Below, one piece after another: positions 36,136-46,358 of a stretch of DNA of 64,000 bases. The stretch covers positions 20,837 through 84,836 of the forward strand of contig CAZYUB010000007.1 of assembly GCA_964650515.1 (NCBI GenBank), written 5' to 3'. The DNA comes from an uncultured Planctomycetia bacterium (lineage in GTDB: Bacteria; Omnitrophota; Gorgyraeia; Pluralincolimonadales; Pluralincolimonadaceae). The notes under the pieces were generated by a model that saw nothing but the letters and a program-made list of their open reading frames with translations, ran no database searches and was not told the origin of the DNA. The position numbers and the translations under genes were made by a program. Every line of letters begins with the position of its first letter. Position 1 is the stretch's first letter.

Positions 36136-36717
36136 ATGAAAAAGCTGGCATTCGCGCTTTTAGCGCTGGCGGTCTGTTCTTATGCGTCGGACTTGTTTTC
36201 GCAGGAGTTCGAGGCGGACATGGTAAATACCACAAGGGGCGGAGTTTATAACGCCCATATCAACGTGGGTAAAGACAAGATGAGGATGCAGACCGACGAT
36301 AATATCGTCATATCGAGGATGGATAAGGGCGTGGCTTGGATGCTCGTCCCGGCGCAGAAGATATATATGGAAGAGACGATAGACCCGAAGAAGATGCAGG
36401 TCACTTCCGAGAAGGTCGACGGCGAAACCAACAGGGAGCGCCTCGGATCGGAGACGATCAACGGGATAAAAGCCGATAAATATAAGGTAACATATGACGT
36501 AAACGGCATGGAAGGCACGATGTACCAATGGATTGCTCCGTCGCTGAACATGCCGTTAAGAAGCGAGGCAGGGGACGGCAGCTGGACGGTCGAGTACACC
36601 AACATCAAAGCGGGCCCGCAGGACGCGTCGCTCTTCGAGATCCCCGCGGGTTACAATAAAATGGATGCGTATAACATAGGTGACCTAATGAAAGGGATGA
36701 CAAATGAAGAAGAATAG
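36136..36717 (+). CDS. Secreted hypothetical protein (DUF4412/LolA-like candidate)
   Basis: Signal peptide; no clear motifs. Confidence 0.4.
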   Translation: MKKLAFALLALAVCSYASDLFSQEFEADMVNTTRGGVYNAHINVGKDKMRMQTDDNIVISRMDKGVAWMLVPAQKIYMEETIDPKKMQVTSEKVDGETNRERLGSETINGIKADKYKVTYDVNGMEGTMYQWIAPSLNMPLRSEAGDGSWTVEYTNIKAGPQDASLFEIPAGYNKMDAYNIGDLMKGMTNEEE

Positions 36718-39226
36718 CCCGCTCGTTTATTTTCTCGCTTTTGTGTTAGCCGCATCTCCCGTCGCATGCAGCGCTGCCCCCGCGGGTAGTGTCAATGCCG
36801 CGACCGAAAAGAAGATAGACGATCTTATCGGCAAGATGACGATACAGGAGAAGGTAAAGCTTATCGCCGGCAACGAGATGGAGACCTACGCTATAAGCAG
36901 GGTAGGGATACCGCAGCTGAAGATGTGCGACGGCCCGCTCGGCGTCCGCCATGGGCAGGCGACCGCGTTCCCGTCATCCGTATCGCTCGCCGCGTCATGG
37001 AACCCCGAGACGGCCTACGAGGTATCCTCGGCGCTGGCCGACGAGGCGAAAGCCAAGGGCAGGAACATGTCGCTCGCTCCGTGCATAAACATACACAGGG
37101 TGCCGATGGGCGGAAGGAATTTCGAGAGTTTCGGGGAAGACCCTTACCTTACCTCGCGGATGGCGGTCGCGTACATAAAAGGCGTGCAGGACAAGGGAGT
37201 CGTCGCGACGGTCAAGCATTACGCGTGCAATAACCAGGAATGGGAGCGCGGCACGATAGACACGATAGTCGACGAGAGGGCGCTGCGCGAGATATACCTG
37301 CCCGGGTTCGAGGCCGCTATCAAAGAAGGCGGTTCGTGGTCGATAATGGCCGCCTATAACAAGGTGAACGGCTGGCACTGCACCGAGAACGATTACCTCA
37401 TCAACCAGATACTGAAGAAAGAGTGGGGTTTCAAGGGCTTCCTCGTCTCGGACTGGAACGCCACGCACAGCACGGTAAACTGCGCGAATAACGGCATGGA
37501 CCTCGAGATGCCGAAAGGGGATTTCTTTAACGATAAGCTCGTTGATGCAGTGAAGAAGGGCGAGGTCAAGGAATCCGTCATAGACGATAAAGTGCACAGG
37601 CTCCTGAGGGTCATGTACTGGCTCGGGCTCTTCGATACCGGCCGGCCGGAAGATAAAGGGTCCATAGACACGCCCCAGCACAGGCAGATAGTCCGCGAAG
37701 CCGGGCGCGAAGGCATAGTGCTGCTGAAGAACGAAGGCGGGATACTCCCAATCGACATCACCAAGGTCAAGTCGATCGCCGTGATAGGGCCGAATGCGGC
37801 CGTCTGCAGGTTCGGCGGCGGCGGAAGCTCGGAGATGAGCCCGTTCTATTCGGTGAGCCCCATCGACGGGCTTAAGAAGAAGACCGAAGGTAAGGTCACG
37901 ATAAATTACGCGCTGGGATGCAAGTTCGACGGCGAGATGTCGCCGATCGACCCGAAATACGTCTACACGATGTATGACGGGAAGAAACAGAACGGTTTCC
38001 TCGGGGAATATTACAATAACAGGGACCTGAACGGGACCCCCGTGGTCAGGAGGATCGACAAGCAGATAAACTTCACCTGGGGCGGGAACGCGCCGGACGG
38101 CAAGCTACCCGCGGATAATTTCTCCGTAAGGTGGACGGCGAAGATCGTCCCGCCGAAGACCGCCAGATACGACATAAGTTTGATGAGCGACGACGGCTCG
38201 CGGCTATTCCTCGACGGGAAAGAGATCATCAGCAACTGGCGCGACCACGGCGAAGAGACGAAGACCGCATCGGTCATGTTCGAGGCGGGTAAGGAATACG
38301 ACCTGAGGGTGGAATTTTACGAGAACGGCGGGATGGCTTCCGCAAGGATAGGGTGGGATACGCAGGAAGAGCTGATGAACGAGGCCGTGGAAGCCGCGAA
38401 GAAGTCCGATATAACGATAATATTCGCGGGGCTGTCGAAGCATTACGAGGGCGAAGGATGGGACAGGCCTTCGATGCAGCTTCCTGCGGGCCAGGATGAG
38501 ATGATAAGCAAGATAGCCGATGCCAACAAGAATACGATAGTGGTACTGAACTCGGGCGCCGCGGTCCTTGTCAGCGTCTGGATAGACAAGGTCCCCGCGC
38601 TGGTCGAGGCGTGGTATCCCGGCCAGGAGGGCGGCAATTCCATCGCGGACGTGCTTACCGGCGATTATAACCCGTCCGGCAAGCTGCCTACGTCGTTCCC
38701 GAAACGCTGGGAGGACTGTTCCGCGTACCCGACGTATCCCGGGAAGAACGGCAAGACGTTCTACTCGGACGGAATATTCGTCGGATACAGGCATTTCGAG
38801 AAGGAAGGCAAAGAGGTCGAGTTCCCGTTCGGCCACGGCCTTTCGTATACGACGTTTGAATATTCGAATTTGAAGGTGACGCCGGAGAGGATATCCGACG
38901 GGAATATCAGCGCGGAGGTCAGCTTTGACCTGAAGAACACCGGCCCGCGCGCGGGAGCGGAAGTGGCGCAGATGTATATTAAGGACGTGGACGCGAGTGT
39001 CGAGAGGCCCGTCAAGGAGCTGAAGGGTTTCAGGAGGGTATTCCTCGAGCCCGGCGAGACCGTGCGCGTCACGTTCAAGATAGACAAGAGGTCGCTCGCT
39101 TTTTATGACGTGAAGGGCAAGGACTGGCTCGCCGAACCGGGCGAATTCGAAGTTATGATAGGCAGCTCGTCGCGCGACATAAAGCTCAAGAAATCCCTTA
39201 CGCTCCAGAAGGGCAAGCTCATCTGA
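36704..39226 (+). CDS. bglX: GH3 beta-glucosidase with PA14 insertion
   Basis: GH3 N-terminal domain (CDGPLGVR, KHYACNNQEWER, nucleophile region LVSDWNA) and PA14 domain (GEYYNNRDLNGTPV). Confidence 0.9.
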   Translation: MKKNSPLVYFLAFVLAASPVACSAAPAGSVNAATEKKIDDLIGKMTIQEKVKLIAGNEMETYAISRVGIPQLKMCDGPLGVRHGQATAFPSSVSLAASWNPETAYEVSSALADEAKAKGRNMSLAPCINIHRVPMGGRNFESFGEDPYLTSRMAVAYIKGVQDKGVVATVKHYACNNQEWERGTIDTIVDERALREIYLPGFEAAIKEGGSWSIMAAYNKVNGWHCTENDYLINQILKKEWGFKGFLVSDWNATHSTVNCANNGMDLEMPKGDFFNDKLVDAVKKGEVKESVIDDKVHRLLRVMYWLGLFDTGRPEDKGSIDTPQHRQIVREAGREGIVLLKNEGGILPIDITKVKSIAVIGPNAAVCRFGGGGSSEMSPFYSVSPIDGLKKKTEGKVTINYALGCKFDGEMSPIDPKYVYTMYDGKKQNGFLGEYYNNRDLNGTPVVRRIDKQINFTWGGNAPDGKLPADNFSVRWTAKIVPPKTARYDISLMSDDGSRLFLDGKEIISNWRDHGEETKTASVMFEAGKEYDLRVEFYENGGMASARIGWDTQEELMNEAVEAAKKSDITIIFAGLSKHYEGEGWDRPSMQLPAGQDEMISKIADANKNTIVVLNSGAAVLVSVWIDKVPALVEAWYPGQEGGNSIADVLTGDYNPSGKLPTSFPKRWEDCSAYPTYPGKNGKTFYSDGIFVGYRHFEKEGKEVEFPFGHGLSYTTFEYSNLKVTPERISDGNISAEVSFDLKNTGPRAGAEVAQMYIKDVDASVERPVKELKGFRRVFLEPGETVRVTFKIDKRSLAFYDVKGKDWLAEPGEFEVMIGSSSRDIKLKKSLTLQKGKLI

Positions 39227-40176
39227 TGCTGATACGCGAATACGTATCGCTGACGCTCTTCCTTTGCGTAGTGCTCGCCGTATATATCAAGGAAGCGTCA
39301 CTTATACTGAAACTCGTATTCCATAAGATGGGCAGGCGGCAGGGGCCTTCCGGTTTCCTGTCCAAGCCGGCCGTCGCGGTGCACATCGTCTCCTTTATCG
39401 GCATATTATGCATCCTGTATGCCATCTTCATAGAGCCGCAATGGATAGAGGTCAAGAGAGTGGAACTGACGACGCCCAAACTGTCCAAAACGAGTATCAG
39501 GATAGTCCAGATATCCGACACGCATTGCGACCCCGGGGATAGCAGGGAGATGAAGGCCGTCGCTATAATCAATTCCCTCAAGCCCGACGTGGTCGTCTTT
39601 ACGGGCGATGCGCTGAATACCGAGAAAGCGATGCCGGTATTCAAGGCCGCGATGAAAGCGATAGATGCCCCGTGGAAATTCGCCGTCACGGGAAATTTCG
39701 ATTACTGGTTCATGCGCGGCAAGGACCTCTTTGGCGGCACTGGTTTCAGGGCACTGGACAGGGAGACCGTGAAGCTGGTAAAGGACGGCGAATCGGTATA
39801 TATTTCCGGGCTTGATTTCGGTGAATGGAGGAGATGGCCGGAGGCCCTTAGCAAGGTCCCGCGCGGCGGATACAGCGTGTTCTTGTACCACAAGCCAGAC
39901 CTCGTCGAGGATATAAAGGGAAAAGTGAACGTCGACCTCTATCTTTGCGGGCATACCCACGGCGGGCAGATAGCGCTGCCGGTCTACGGCGCGATAATAA
40001 CGTTCGCGAAATACGGGAAGAGGTATGAGGCGGGGGAGTATAAGGTAGGCGATACGGTCCTCTACGTTAACAGGGGGCTCGGGCTCGAAGGCAAGGCGCT
40101 GATCAAGGCGAGGTTCTTCGCCCGCCCGGAGATAACAGTGTTCGATATAAAGCCGCAAGTCGGCCGGAGGCCGTGA
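39226..40176 (+). CDS. Membrane-anchored metallophosphoesterase (calcineurin-like)
   Basis: QISDTHCD, GDAL and CGHTHGGQ motifs. Confidence 0.8.
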   Translation: MLIREYVSLTLFLCVVLAVYIKEASLILKLVFHKMGRRQGPSGFLSKPAVAVHIVSFIGILCILYAIFIEPQWIEVKRVELTTPKLSKTSIRIVQISDTHCDPGDSREMKAVAIINSLKPDVVVFTGDALNTEKAMPVFKAAMKAIDAPWKFAVTGNFDYWFMRGKDLFGGTGFRALDRETVKLVKDGESVYISGLDFGEWRRWPEALSKVPRGGYSVFLYHKPDLVEDIKGKVNVDLYLCGHTHGGQIALPVYGAIITFAKYGKRYEAGEYKVGDTVLYVNRGLGLEGKALIKARFFARPEITVFDIKPQVGRRP

Positions 40177-40177
40177 A

Positions 40178-40957
40178 ATGAAAGGCATCAAATTCATGCT
40201 GAGGACCGCGCTGATCTTCGGCATTATTTTGTTCGCGGCCTCATATATCCTGAAAGACGAACTGCCCCCGAAGGAGAGGATATTGAAAGAGCTCCTGAGG
40301 AAGCCGGTCCAGTCCGAGACGGACGCCGGGATGTTCGACAAGAAGATGGGGGATTATACCTATACGATAAAGCCGAAATACGGTTACGAGCTTTACGGCC
40401 TCGTCGTATCGTACCATCACAGCTCGGTCTTCTGGGACATGGAGCATAAAGAGTGGCAGGATTACCTTAATAACAAGGACATCGGCGTCATATGGGGCGA
40501 TAACATAAACACCGGCGTCTACCGCGACATGAAATTCACGAGCGGAAGCTGGACGCTGTATTGGGACGTGAAGCTCACGACGATGCCGTCTAAGCGGCAG
40601 GATGTGTATAATAACTTTAACGCGTCAAGCATATCGAACAACCATCTCCTCGCAGCGAACGACAGGATAGCGGCCCTGATAATGAGCGCCGGGAAAGGCG
40701 ACCAGGTATGGATGAAGGGCTACCTTGTCGATTACACGACGCCGAGCTGGCAGGGCTTCTGGCGCGAATCGAGCGTCACGAGGGACGATACCGGCTCGCA
40801 CGCGTGCGAGGTCGTATACGTTACGGATTTCAAGATACTCAGGAAAGCTGACCAGGGTTGGGACACGGCATACGGGATGTCGAAATTGTTGATGCTATCA
40901 TCGCTGGTTTTGTATATAATAGCGTTCAGCATAGAAGCGTTCATGACGGGCAGGTAA
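40178..40957 (+). CDS. Hypothetical protein with N- and C-terminal TM helices
   Basis: ORF with hydrophobic termini; no motif. Confidence 0.45.
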   Translation: MKGIKFMLRTALIFGIILFAASYILKDELPPKERILKELLRKPVQSETDAGMFDKKMGDYTYTIKPKYGYELYGLVVSYHHSSVFWDMEHKEWQDYLNNKDIGVIWGDNINTGVYRDMKFTSGSWTLYWDVKLTTMPSKRQDVYNNFNASSISNNHLLAANDRIAALIMSAGKGDQVWMKGYLVDYTTPSWQGFWRESSVTRDDTGSHACEVVYVTDFKILRKADQGWDTAYGMSKLLMLSSLVLYIIAFSIEAFMTGR

Positions 40958-40975
40958 ACCAAAAGGAGAAATAAG

Positions 40976-41554
40976 ATGGGAAAATCACTGAAGGGCACGC
41001 AGACGGAGAAGAATTTGTTGGCCGCATTCGCGGGAGAATCACAGGCGCGGAACAGGTATACATATTTCGCGAGCGCCGCCAAGAAGGAAGGGTTCGAGCA
41101 GATATCCGCGTTATTCCTCGAGACCGCCGAGAACGAGAAAGAGCACGCTAAGGTATTCTTCAAGTACCTCGAGGGAGGCGATGTCGAGATAACGGCGTCA
41201 TACCCGGCCGGCATTATCAGGGACACGAAAGCGAACCTTGAGCACGCCGCTGCCGGCGAGAACCTTGAATGGACGACGCTCTACGCCGATTTCGGCAAGA
41301 CGGCCGCCAATGAAGGGTTCCCCGAGGTCGCGCGCTCCTTTGAGCAGATAGCCAAAGTCGAGAAATTCCATGAGGCGAGATACAGGAAGCTCGCCGGCAA
41401 TATAGCCAACGGCGAGGTCTTCAAGAAGAAGGCGCCGGTCAAATGGCACTGCAGGAATTGCGGTTACGTATTCGAAGGGCCCGAAGCCCCGAAGGAATGC
41501 CCGGCCTGCAAGCACCCGCAGCCGTATTACGAAGTCCTGGCCGAAAACCTCTAA
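40976..41554 (+). CDS. rbr: Rubrerythrin
   Basis: Diiron EXXH motifs and C-terminal rubredoxin-like CRNCGY..CPACKHP. Confidence 0.92.
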   Translation: MGKSLKGTQTEKNLLAAFAGESQARNRYTYFASAAKKEGFEQISALFLETAENEKEHAKVFFKYLEGGDVEITASYPAGIIRDTKANLEHAAAGENLEWTTLYADFGKTAANEGFPEVARSFEQIAKVEKFHEARYRKLAGNIANGEVFKKKAPVKWHCRNCGYVFEGPEAPKECPACKHPQPYYEVLAENL

Positions 41555-41560
41555 AAATTC

Positions 41561-41668
41561 AGGAGCCATAAAAATTCAGGAGCCATCCTCCGGGGGGACA
41601 CCCATCTCAATGCAGCATGTCCCCCCGGAGGATGGCTCCTAGCTTTTTTTGGCTCCTAGCTTTTTTGA
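41561..41668. repeat. REP doublet (REPIN): inverted pair of the unit AAAAA-N3-AGGAGCCATCCTCCGGGGGGACAC with flanking partial direct duplications, between convergent genes
   Basis: Arms 41579-41601 and 41618-41639 are 22/22 complementary. aaaattcaggagccat x2 on the left and ggctcctagctttttt x2 on the right. Confidence 0.75.
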
Positions 41669-42652
41669 GAGGGAGCCGGCTGCGCAGGGGTCGAACATGA
41701 GCTCGTCATTGCGGAGTATCTCGGGGATGCCGCCTTTATTGCTCGCGAGGCAAGGGATCCCGAGCGCGAGCGCCTCGAGGAGGGCGAGCGGGCAATCGTC
41801 ATGTAGGGAAGGCAGGACGAAGAGGCCTGCCGACTTAACGATATCAAGCCGGTCTTCCCTCGCGCCGGCGAATATTACGCTGCCGCTTATCCCGAGCGAT
41901 ACCGCGAGTTCCTTGAGGCGGGCCATCTCACTGCCGTCTCCCACCAGTATGAGGTACCCTCCGGGAACGGAAGCCGCGCAAAACTCCCTCAATAAGAAAT
42001 CCACATTCTTCCTCGGTATCAAAGAACCGCAATACGTGATGACAAAGCTTCCTTTCGGGATTCCGAATTCCTTCCAAAGGTCGATTATCTTTGCGTTGTC
42101 GATATCATCCTGAGCCGGGCGGTTCGGGGATATGCCGATATCCTTTTTAAATCCGTAGTATTTGCGCGCCCTTTGCGCGAGGTCTTTTGATACGGCGAGT
42201 ACGCTCACCGCGCAGCGTATGCCGACAAAACCGTATAACCTTAGGGCCAGCGCGACAGGAGGAGAGAGGCGCCTGCTCCTGATAAGATGTTCCATGCTTC
42301 CTTCCATCAAAAGGGTGGTCTTCGCTCCGCAGAGGATGGCAGCGGGAGCGCAGAGCGCGGCGAATTCCTCGTTGTATACGACGAAGTGTTTTATCCCGTG
42401 TCTCACCGCTATGAAAAATATAAATAAAGGGCTCAGCGCGTAAAATACAGCGTAGAATAAAAGCTCGTTCCCGCAATAGAAGGGGAATTTGTGGAAGGTG
42501 ATCCCGCGGCGCTCTTCGCCGAAGAATGGCTTTGACGAAAGATAATGCGCCTCGACGCCTTTATCGGCAGCCGCTTTTACGGCAAGGGAGAGCTGGCGGA
42601 AGCATCCGCCCTGTTTCGGGTAAGGGTATAGTGTGAATATCGCTGGTTTCAT
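41639..42652 (-). CDS. Glycosyltransferase family 1/4
   Basis: GT-B C-terminal motifs (E-x7-E-like region, GIPCLASNKGGIPEIL). The last 6 codons are read through the REP flank. Confidence 0.7.
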   Translation of the reverse strand: MKPAIFTLYPYPKQGGCFRQLSLAVKAAADKGVEAHYLSSKPFFGEERRGITFHKFPFYCGNELLFYAVFYALSPLFIFFIAVRHGIKHFVVYNEEFAALCAPAAILCGAKTTLLMEGSMEHLIRSRRLSPPVALALRLYGFVGIRCAVSVLAVSKDLAQRARKYYGFKKDIGISPNRPAQDDIDNAKIIDLWKEFGIPKGSFVITYCGSLIPRKNVDFLLREFCAASVPGGYLILVGDGSEMARLKELAVSLGISGSVIFAGAREDRLDIVKSAGLFVLPSLHDDCPLALLEALALGIPCLASNKGGIPEILRNDELMFDPCAAGSLSKKLGAKKS

Positions 42653-43869
42653 CCGTTCCTTTTTGCGATCCGGTGCGCGAAATGCCTCAATTTTACCCTC
42701 GGCAACACCCTGAAAGCCGTTTTCATCGCGACGCCGGTGATCTCGTTATCCGGGAGGTAGTTTAAACTCCACCCTCCGGGCATATCGTACATATCCCCGT
42801 GCGCCCACGGCCCGGCGGCGGCTTCCGAACATTTATCCACGAGCCCCGTAAACGCGGAGACATTCCTGTTGATATCGAACCGGCTTTCTGCGGCCCTGCG
42901 CGCGGCGTCCCCGATGCCCGAGGCGCGCGCCTTATCCATCTTCGCGATATTCTCGAGTATCCGCGCCACTGCCCCGGTATCCCCGGTTTCCGCGGTAAAT
43001 CCGTTAACGCCGTCCTCGATGACACGCCATCCGCCGCCGGAGGACCGCGTTACGCAGGGGATAAGCCGCGCGGCCATTGCCTCGAGCATGCTTACCGACT
43101 GCCCCTCATATTTTGACACTTGCAGGAATACATCGTATCCGCTTAACCTTCCGAGGAGTTCCGCGCGCGGGATCTGCCCGAAGAAATTCACCTTTCCGCA
43201 TGATAGGCGCATCTTACGGGCGGCGCAAGCAAGCGCCCGTTTATCGGGGCCCGAACCTATGATATCGAGGGTGAACGAAGTCCCGCGCTTATCGAGCAGC
43301 TCAGCGGCCTTCAGCAGGCCGGAGGCATCTTTTTGTTTTTCGTCTATCCTGCCGAAATATACTATCTTCAACGGCCTGAGGGAATATACTTTATCTTCCC
43401 GCGCGGGAATCGTTATGCCGTAGGTTATGAGTTCGATATCATCTTTCCTGTGCGGGATATATCCTGCCAACGCCTGCGCGCAGCCGCCGCTAACAGCCAT
43501 GAATCCCGATATCGCGGACTCATACCAGGCGAGCGGTTTGTAATATTCATCCGAGCTGTCGGCATGGCACGCGCCTATGCACCTTAAACGAGCTCCTTCT
43601 TCGTTAAGCTTCGCGCAGATCCCGAATACCTTATGCCGCCAGTTCGGCATCACGACGGCGGGGGAGAGGCGCCTGAGCGTTTTTCCGAGCTGGTCCCATG
43701 AATGGATATAAATGTCCACCTTCTCGTCGCCCGCAAATGTGTAGCCGTCGCTTATCGTGATGAGGTTGTAACGGCTTCCGTCTAACCGGTGCCTGAGTTC
43801 CCTGATCCAGGCGTCGACACCGCCGATAAGGGTGTTGCCTGTCCAGATTATAAGGTTTATCTTTTCCAT
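42649..43869 (-). CDS. GT4-type glycosyltransferase (paralog 1)
   Basis: Shares N-terminal IIWTGNTLIGGVD..ITISDGYTFAGDEKVDIY with the adjacent gene; GT-B C-terminus. Confidence 0.7.
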   Translation of the reverse strand: MEKINLIIWTGNTLIGGVDAWIRELRHRLDGSRYNLITISDGYTFAGDEKVDIYIHSWDQLGKTLRRLSPAVVMPNWRHKVFGICAKLNEEGARLRCIGACHADSSDEYYKPLAWYESAISGFMAVSGGCAQALAGYIPHRKDDIELITYGITIPAREDKVYSLRPLKIVYFGRIDEKQKDASGLLKAAELLDKRGTSFTLDIIGSGPDKRALACAARKMRLSCGKVNFFGQIPRAELLGRLSGYDVFLQVSKYEGQSVSMLEAMAARLIPCVTRSSGGGWRVIEDGVNGFTAETGDTGAVARILENIAKMDKARASGIGDAARRAAESRFDINRNVSAFTGLVDKCSEAAAGPWAHGDMYDMPGGWSLNYLPDNEITGVAMKTAFRVLPRVKLRHFAHRIAKRNG

Positions 43870-45002
43870 GATCTTTTAAGTATGCTGAGGACCCCGCCTT
43901 TATTGAAATAGTCGGAGCTCCATCCTCCGGGCATTATATAGGTGCTGCGGGGCCATTCCCGCGCCGGGCTTTCCATGCAGGCGTCGAGCGCTTCCATGAA
44001 TTCGGCGCCCGTTTTCCTGATATCGCAGTTGTCCGCGGCGGTCTTGTACGCGCGGCCGCCCATTACGGAGGCCTCGTCCGGGCCCATGCGCGAGATGCGC
44101 TCAAGCGCCGAGGAGATGCTTTCTATATCGCCTATTCCGGCAGTAAACCCGTTAACGCCGCCGTCGATCAGGTACGACGCGCCGCCGCTTGCCCTCGTTA
44201 CGCAGGGTATGACCTTCCTTGCCATGGCCTCCATCATGCTGAGGCCGAAGCCCTCGTACTTCGAGACCTGCAGGAAGACGTCGTATTCGGGAAGCTTCGC
44301 GAGCATTTCGGAATGCGGCACCTGCTCAGAATACCTTATTTTTCCGGACTCCGGCAGCGCCTTTTTGAGCGCATCTTTGTCGGGCCCGGAACCGATGAGG
44401 TCCAGCGTATAATCGACGCCTTTACCGTCGAGTATCCGCGCGAGAGCTGCGAAACCGAGGACGCCCTTTTGTTTCTGCTCCATCCGCCCGAAATACGCGA
44501 GTTTTAACGGGCGCAGCGAATATCCTTTCGCGGGCGCTGCCGGTATTGTTATGCCGTAAGGGATGCGTGTTATGTCGGATACGCGCTCCGGCGGGATGCG
44601 CGCGGCGAGTTTATCCCTGCAATAAGGGCTTCCCGCGACGAACTTCGAGATGCCCGGCTCGTACCAGGCGAGGGGGGCGTAATATTCTTCGTCGCTGTCG
44701 GAATGCGGCATGCCGAGGCACCTTAAATGAGCGCCGTCCTTATTCAGTTTCGCGCAGATGCCGGTTATCGGGTGGGCCCAGTTCGGCATCACGACGGCGG
44801 GTGAAAAACGCTGAAGCGTTTTCCTAAGTTGTTTCCAGGAACTGACGTATATATCTACTTTCTCATCGCCCGCGAATGTGTAGCCGTCGCTTATCGTGAT
44901 GAGGTCATAGCGGCTGCCCTTAAAGAACGTTTTCAGTTCTTTAACCCAGGTATCCACGCCGCCTATGAGCGTATTGCCGGTCCAGATTATAAGGTTGGCC
45001 AT
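43857..45002 (-). CDS. GT4-type glycosyltransferase (paralog 2)
   Basis: Tandem duplicate of the previous gene. Confidence 0.7.
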   Translation of the reverse strand: MANLIIWTGNTLIGGVDTWVKELKTFFKGSRYDLITISDGYTFAGDEKVDIYVSSWKQLRKTLQRFSPAVVMPNWAHPITGICAKLNKDGAHLRCLGMPHSDSDEEYYAPLAWYEPGISKFVAGSPYCRDKLAARIPPERVSDITRIPYGITIPAAPAKGYSLRPLKLAYFGRMEQKQKGVLGFAALARILDGKGVDYTLDLIGSGPDKDALKKALPESGKIRYSEQVPHSEMLAKLPEYDVFLQVSKYEGFGLSMMEAMARKVIPCVTRASGGASYLIDGGVNGFTAGIGDIESISSALERISRMGPDEASVMGGRAYKTAADNCDIRKTGAEFMEALDACMESPAREWPRSTYIMPGGWSSDYFNKGGVLSILKRSWKR

Positions 45003-45005
45003 TTT

Positions 45006-46358
45006 TTAGAAGAAATAACTTTTCGCGGCATCGCCCGCGCAGGACTTGCCGCACTTTATGCCGTCTTCGGCGATGTTATTGAGCCACGCCATCCTGCACT
45101 TGTCTTCCGAACAGAATTCCCTGAGCTTGTTGAAGAAGAGGAAGGGGAGAAGGTTTATCTTTATAAGCTCTTCCGTCGAGGGGTCCTTGAAGTTCCCGAG
45201 GAGGTACTCGGGGTCGGAAACCCTGACAAAGCAAGGGTATACCTCGCCGGTCGGGCGGAATATCTTGAAGGACATGCAGTAGTAACATTTGTCAAAAGGT
45301 TTACCCGCGCGGAAATCGTTGCCTTCGGAGACCTTCTCCCAGTTGGTGTTGTTCAGGATGAATTTCGAGAGGCCGGTGTCGCCGCAAAGGTATTTTTCGA
45401 AGATCCTTACGGAATTTTCCACCTGTTCCTTTGTGCATATCATCTCCCGCGAAACATGGTTCTTGCGGACCTTTTCCGGGACATCCACGCCGGGCCGCAT
45501 AGGTCGGAATTGTATGTTTATCTTGCCTATTAACGAGGGGCATTTATCGGAAGCGATATCATATACCAGTTTCACAAGTTCATGTGTCTCGTGGATATTC
45601 CTGCTCCAAACGAGATATCCCAGCCCAACGTGGGGGATAGGGCCCCGAAGGTAATCAAAATAATTATCAAGCACCCTATGGAAAACGTCCCTCTTCTTTG
45701 ACATAAAGAACGTCTCCGGAGTCGCGGAATCTATAGATAACCTTATCCAGTCGATGTGGCGCTGCCAGTCGCCTTTGGGTATGTGCGTCCCTTTCGTGAC
45801 GACGCCTATTTGTATTCCCTCGTCGTATTCTTTTATCTTCGAGACGATATCGGCGAAGCCCTTGCCTTTATATTTATAGAGCGTAGGTTCGCCTCCGCCG
45901 ACGAGGACGACCGACTTCGGCCTGTATGTATTGAGTATCCTCCGGAAATATTCGAACGGCATGACGTCATTTCCGCGGTCCTTGTAGTAGCATCCCACGC
46001 ATTCGTGGTCGCAGAAATCGGTCGGGTGGAATTCGATATGCCCCGCTCCGACAAGCATTCCCAGGTAAGCGTCGAATCTCGCGCGGGAGAGCCTGACTTT
46101 GCTGGACTTATTGAGGGCGTAGATGCCGTCGACCGCCTGCGCGAAGCCGGACTTCCCGGATTGCAGTTCCGCGAGGATCGAATTAACTTTCCTGACGGCC
46201 TCGGAGGGATAGAACCTGCTTTCGACGGCTCCGATAAGGCGGCCTATCGCGATCTTCCTGCCTATCAGCGCGCTATGGTTGAGTATCCTGGAGTGGTTGC
46301 GGGCGACCAGGCTCAGGTAATTCAGGACGGGTTTTACCGATACGGTTGCGTTTATCAT
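45006..46358 (-). CDS. Radical SAM enzyme with C-terminal Cys-rich SPASM/twitch-like domain, embedded in a glycan locus
   Basis: CDHECVGC = Cx3Cx2C; VLVGGGEPTLY; the C-terminus holds about 8 Cys. Confidence 0.75.
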   Translation of the reverse strand: MINATVSVKPVLNYLSLVARNHSRILNHSALIGRKIAIGRLIGAVESRFYPSEAVRKVNSILAELQSGKSGFAQAVDGIYALNKSSKVRLSRARFDAYLGMLVGAGHIEFHPTDFCDHECVGCYYKDRGNDVMPFEYFRRILNTYRPKSVVLVGGGEPTLYKYKGKGFADIVSKIKEYDEGIQIGVVTKGTHIPKGDWQRHIDWIRLSIDSATPETFFMSKKRDVFHRVLDNYFDYLRGPIPHVGLGYLVWSRNIHETHELVKLVYDIASDKCPSLIGKINIQFRPMRPGVDVPEKVRKNHVSREMICTKEQVENSVRIFEKYLCGDTGLSKFILNNTNWEKVSEGNDFRAGKPFDKCYYCMSFKIFRPTGEVYPCFVRVSDPEYLLGNFKDPSTEELIKINLLPFLFFNKLREFCSEDKCRMAWLNNIAEDGIKCGKSCAGDAAKSYFF

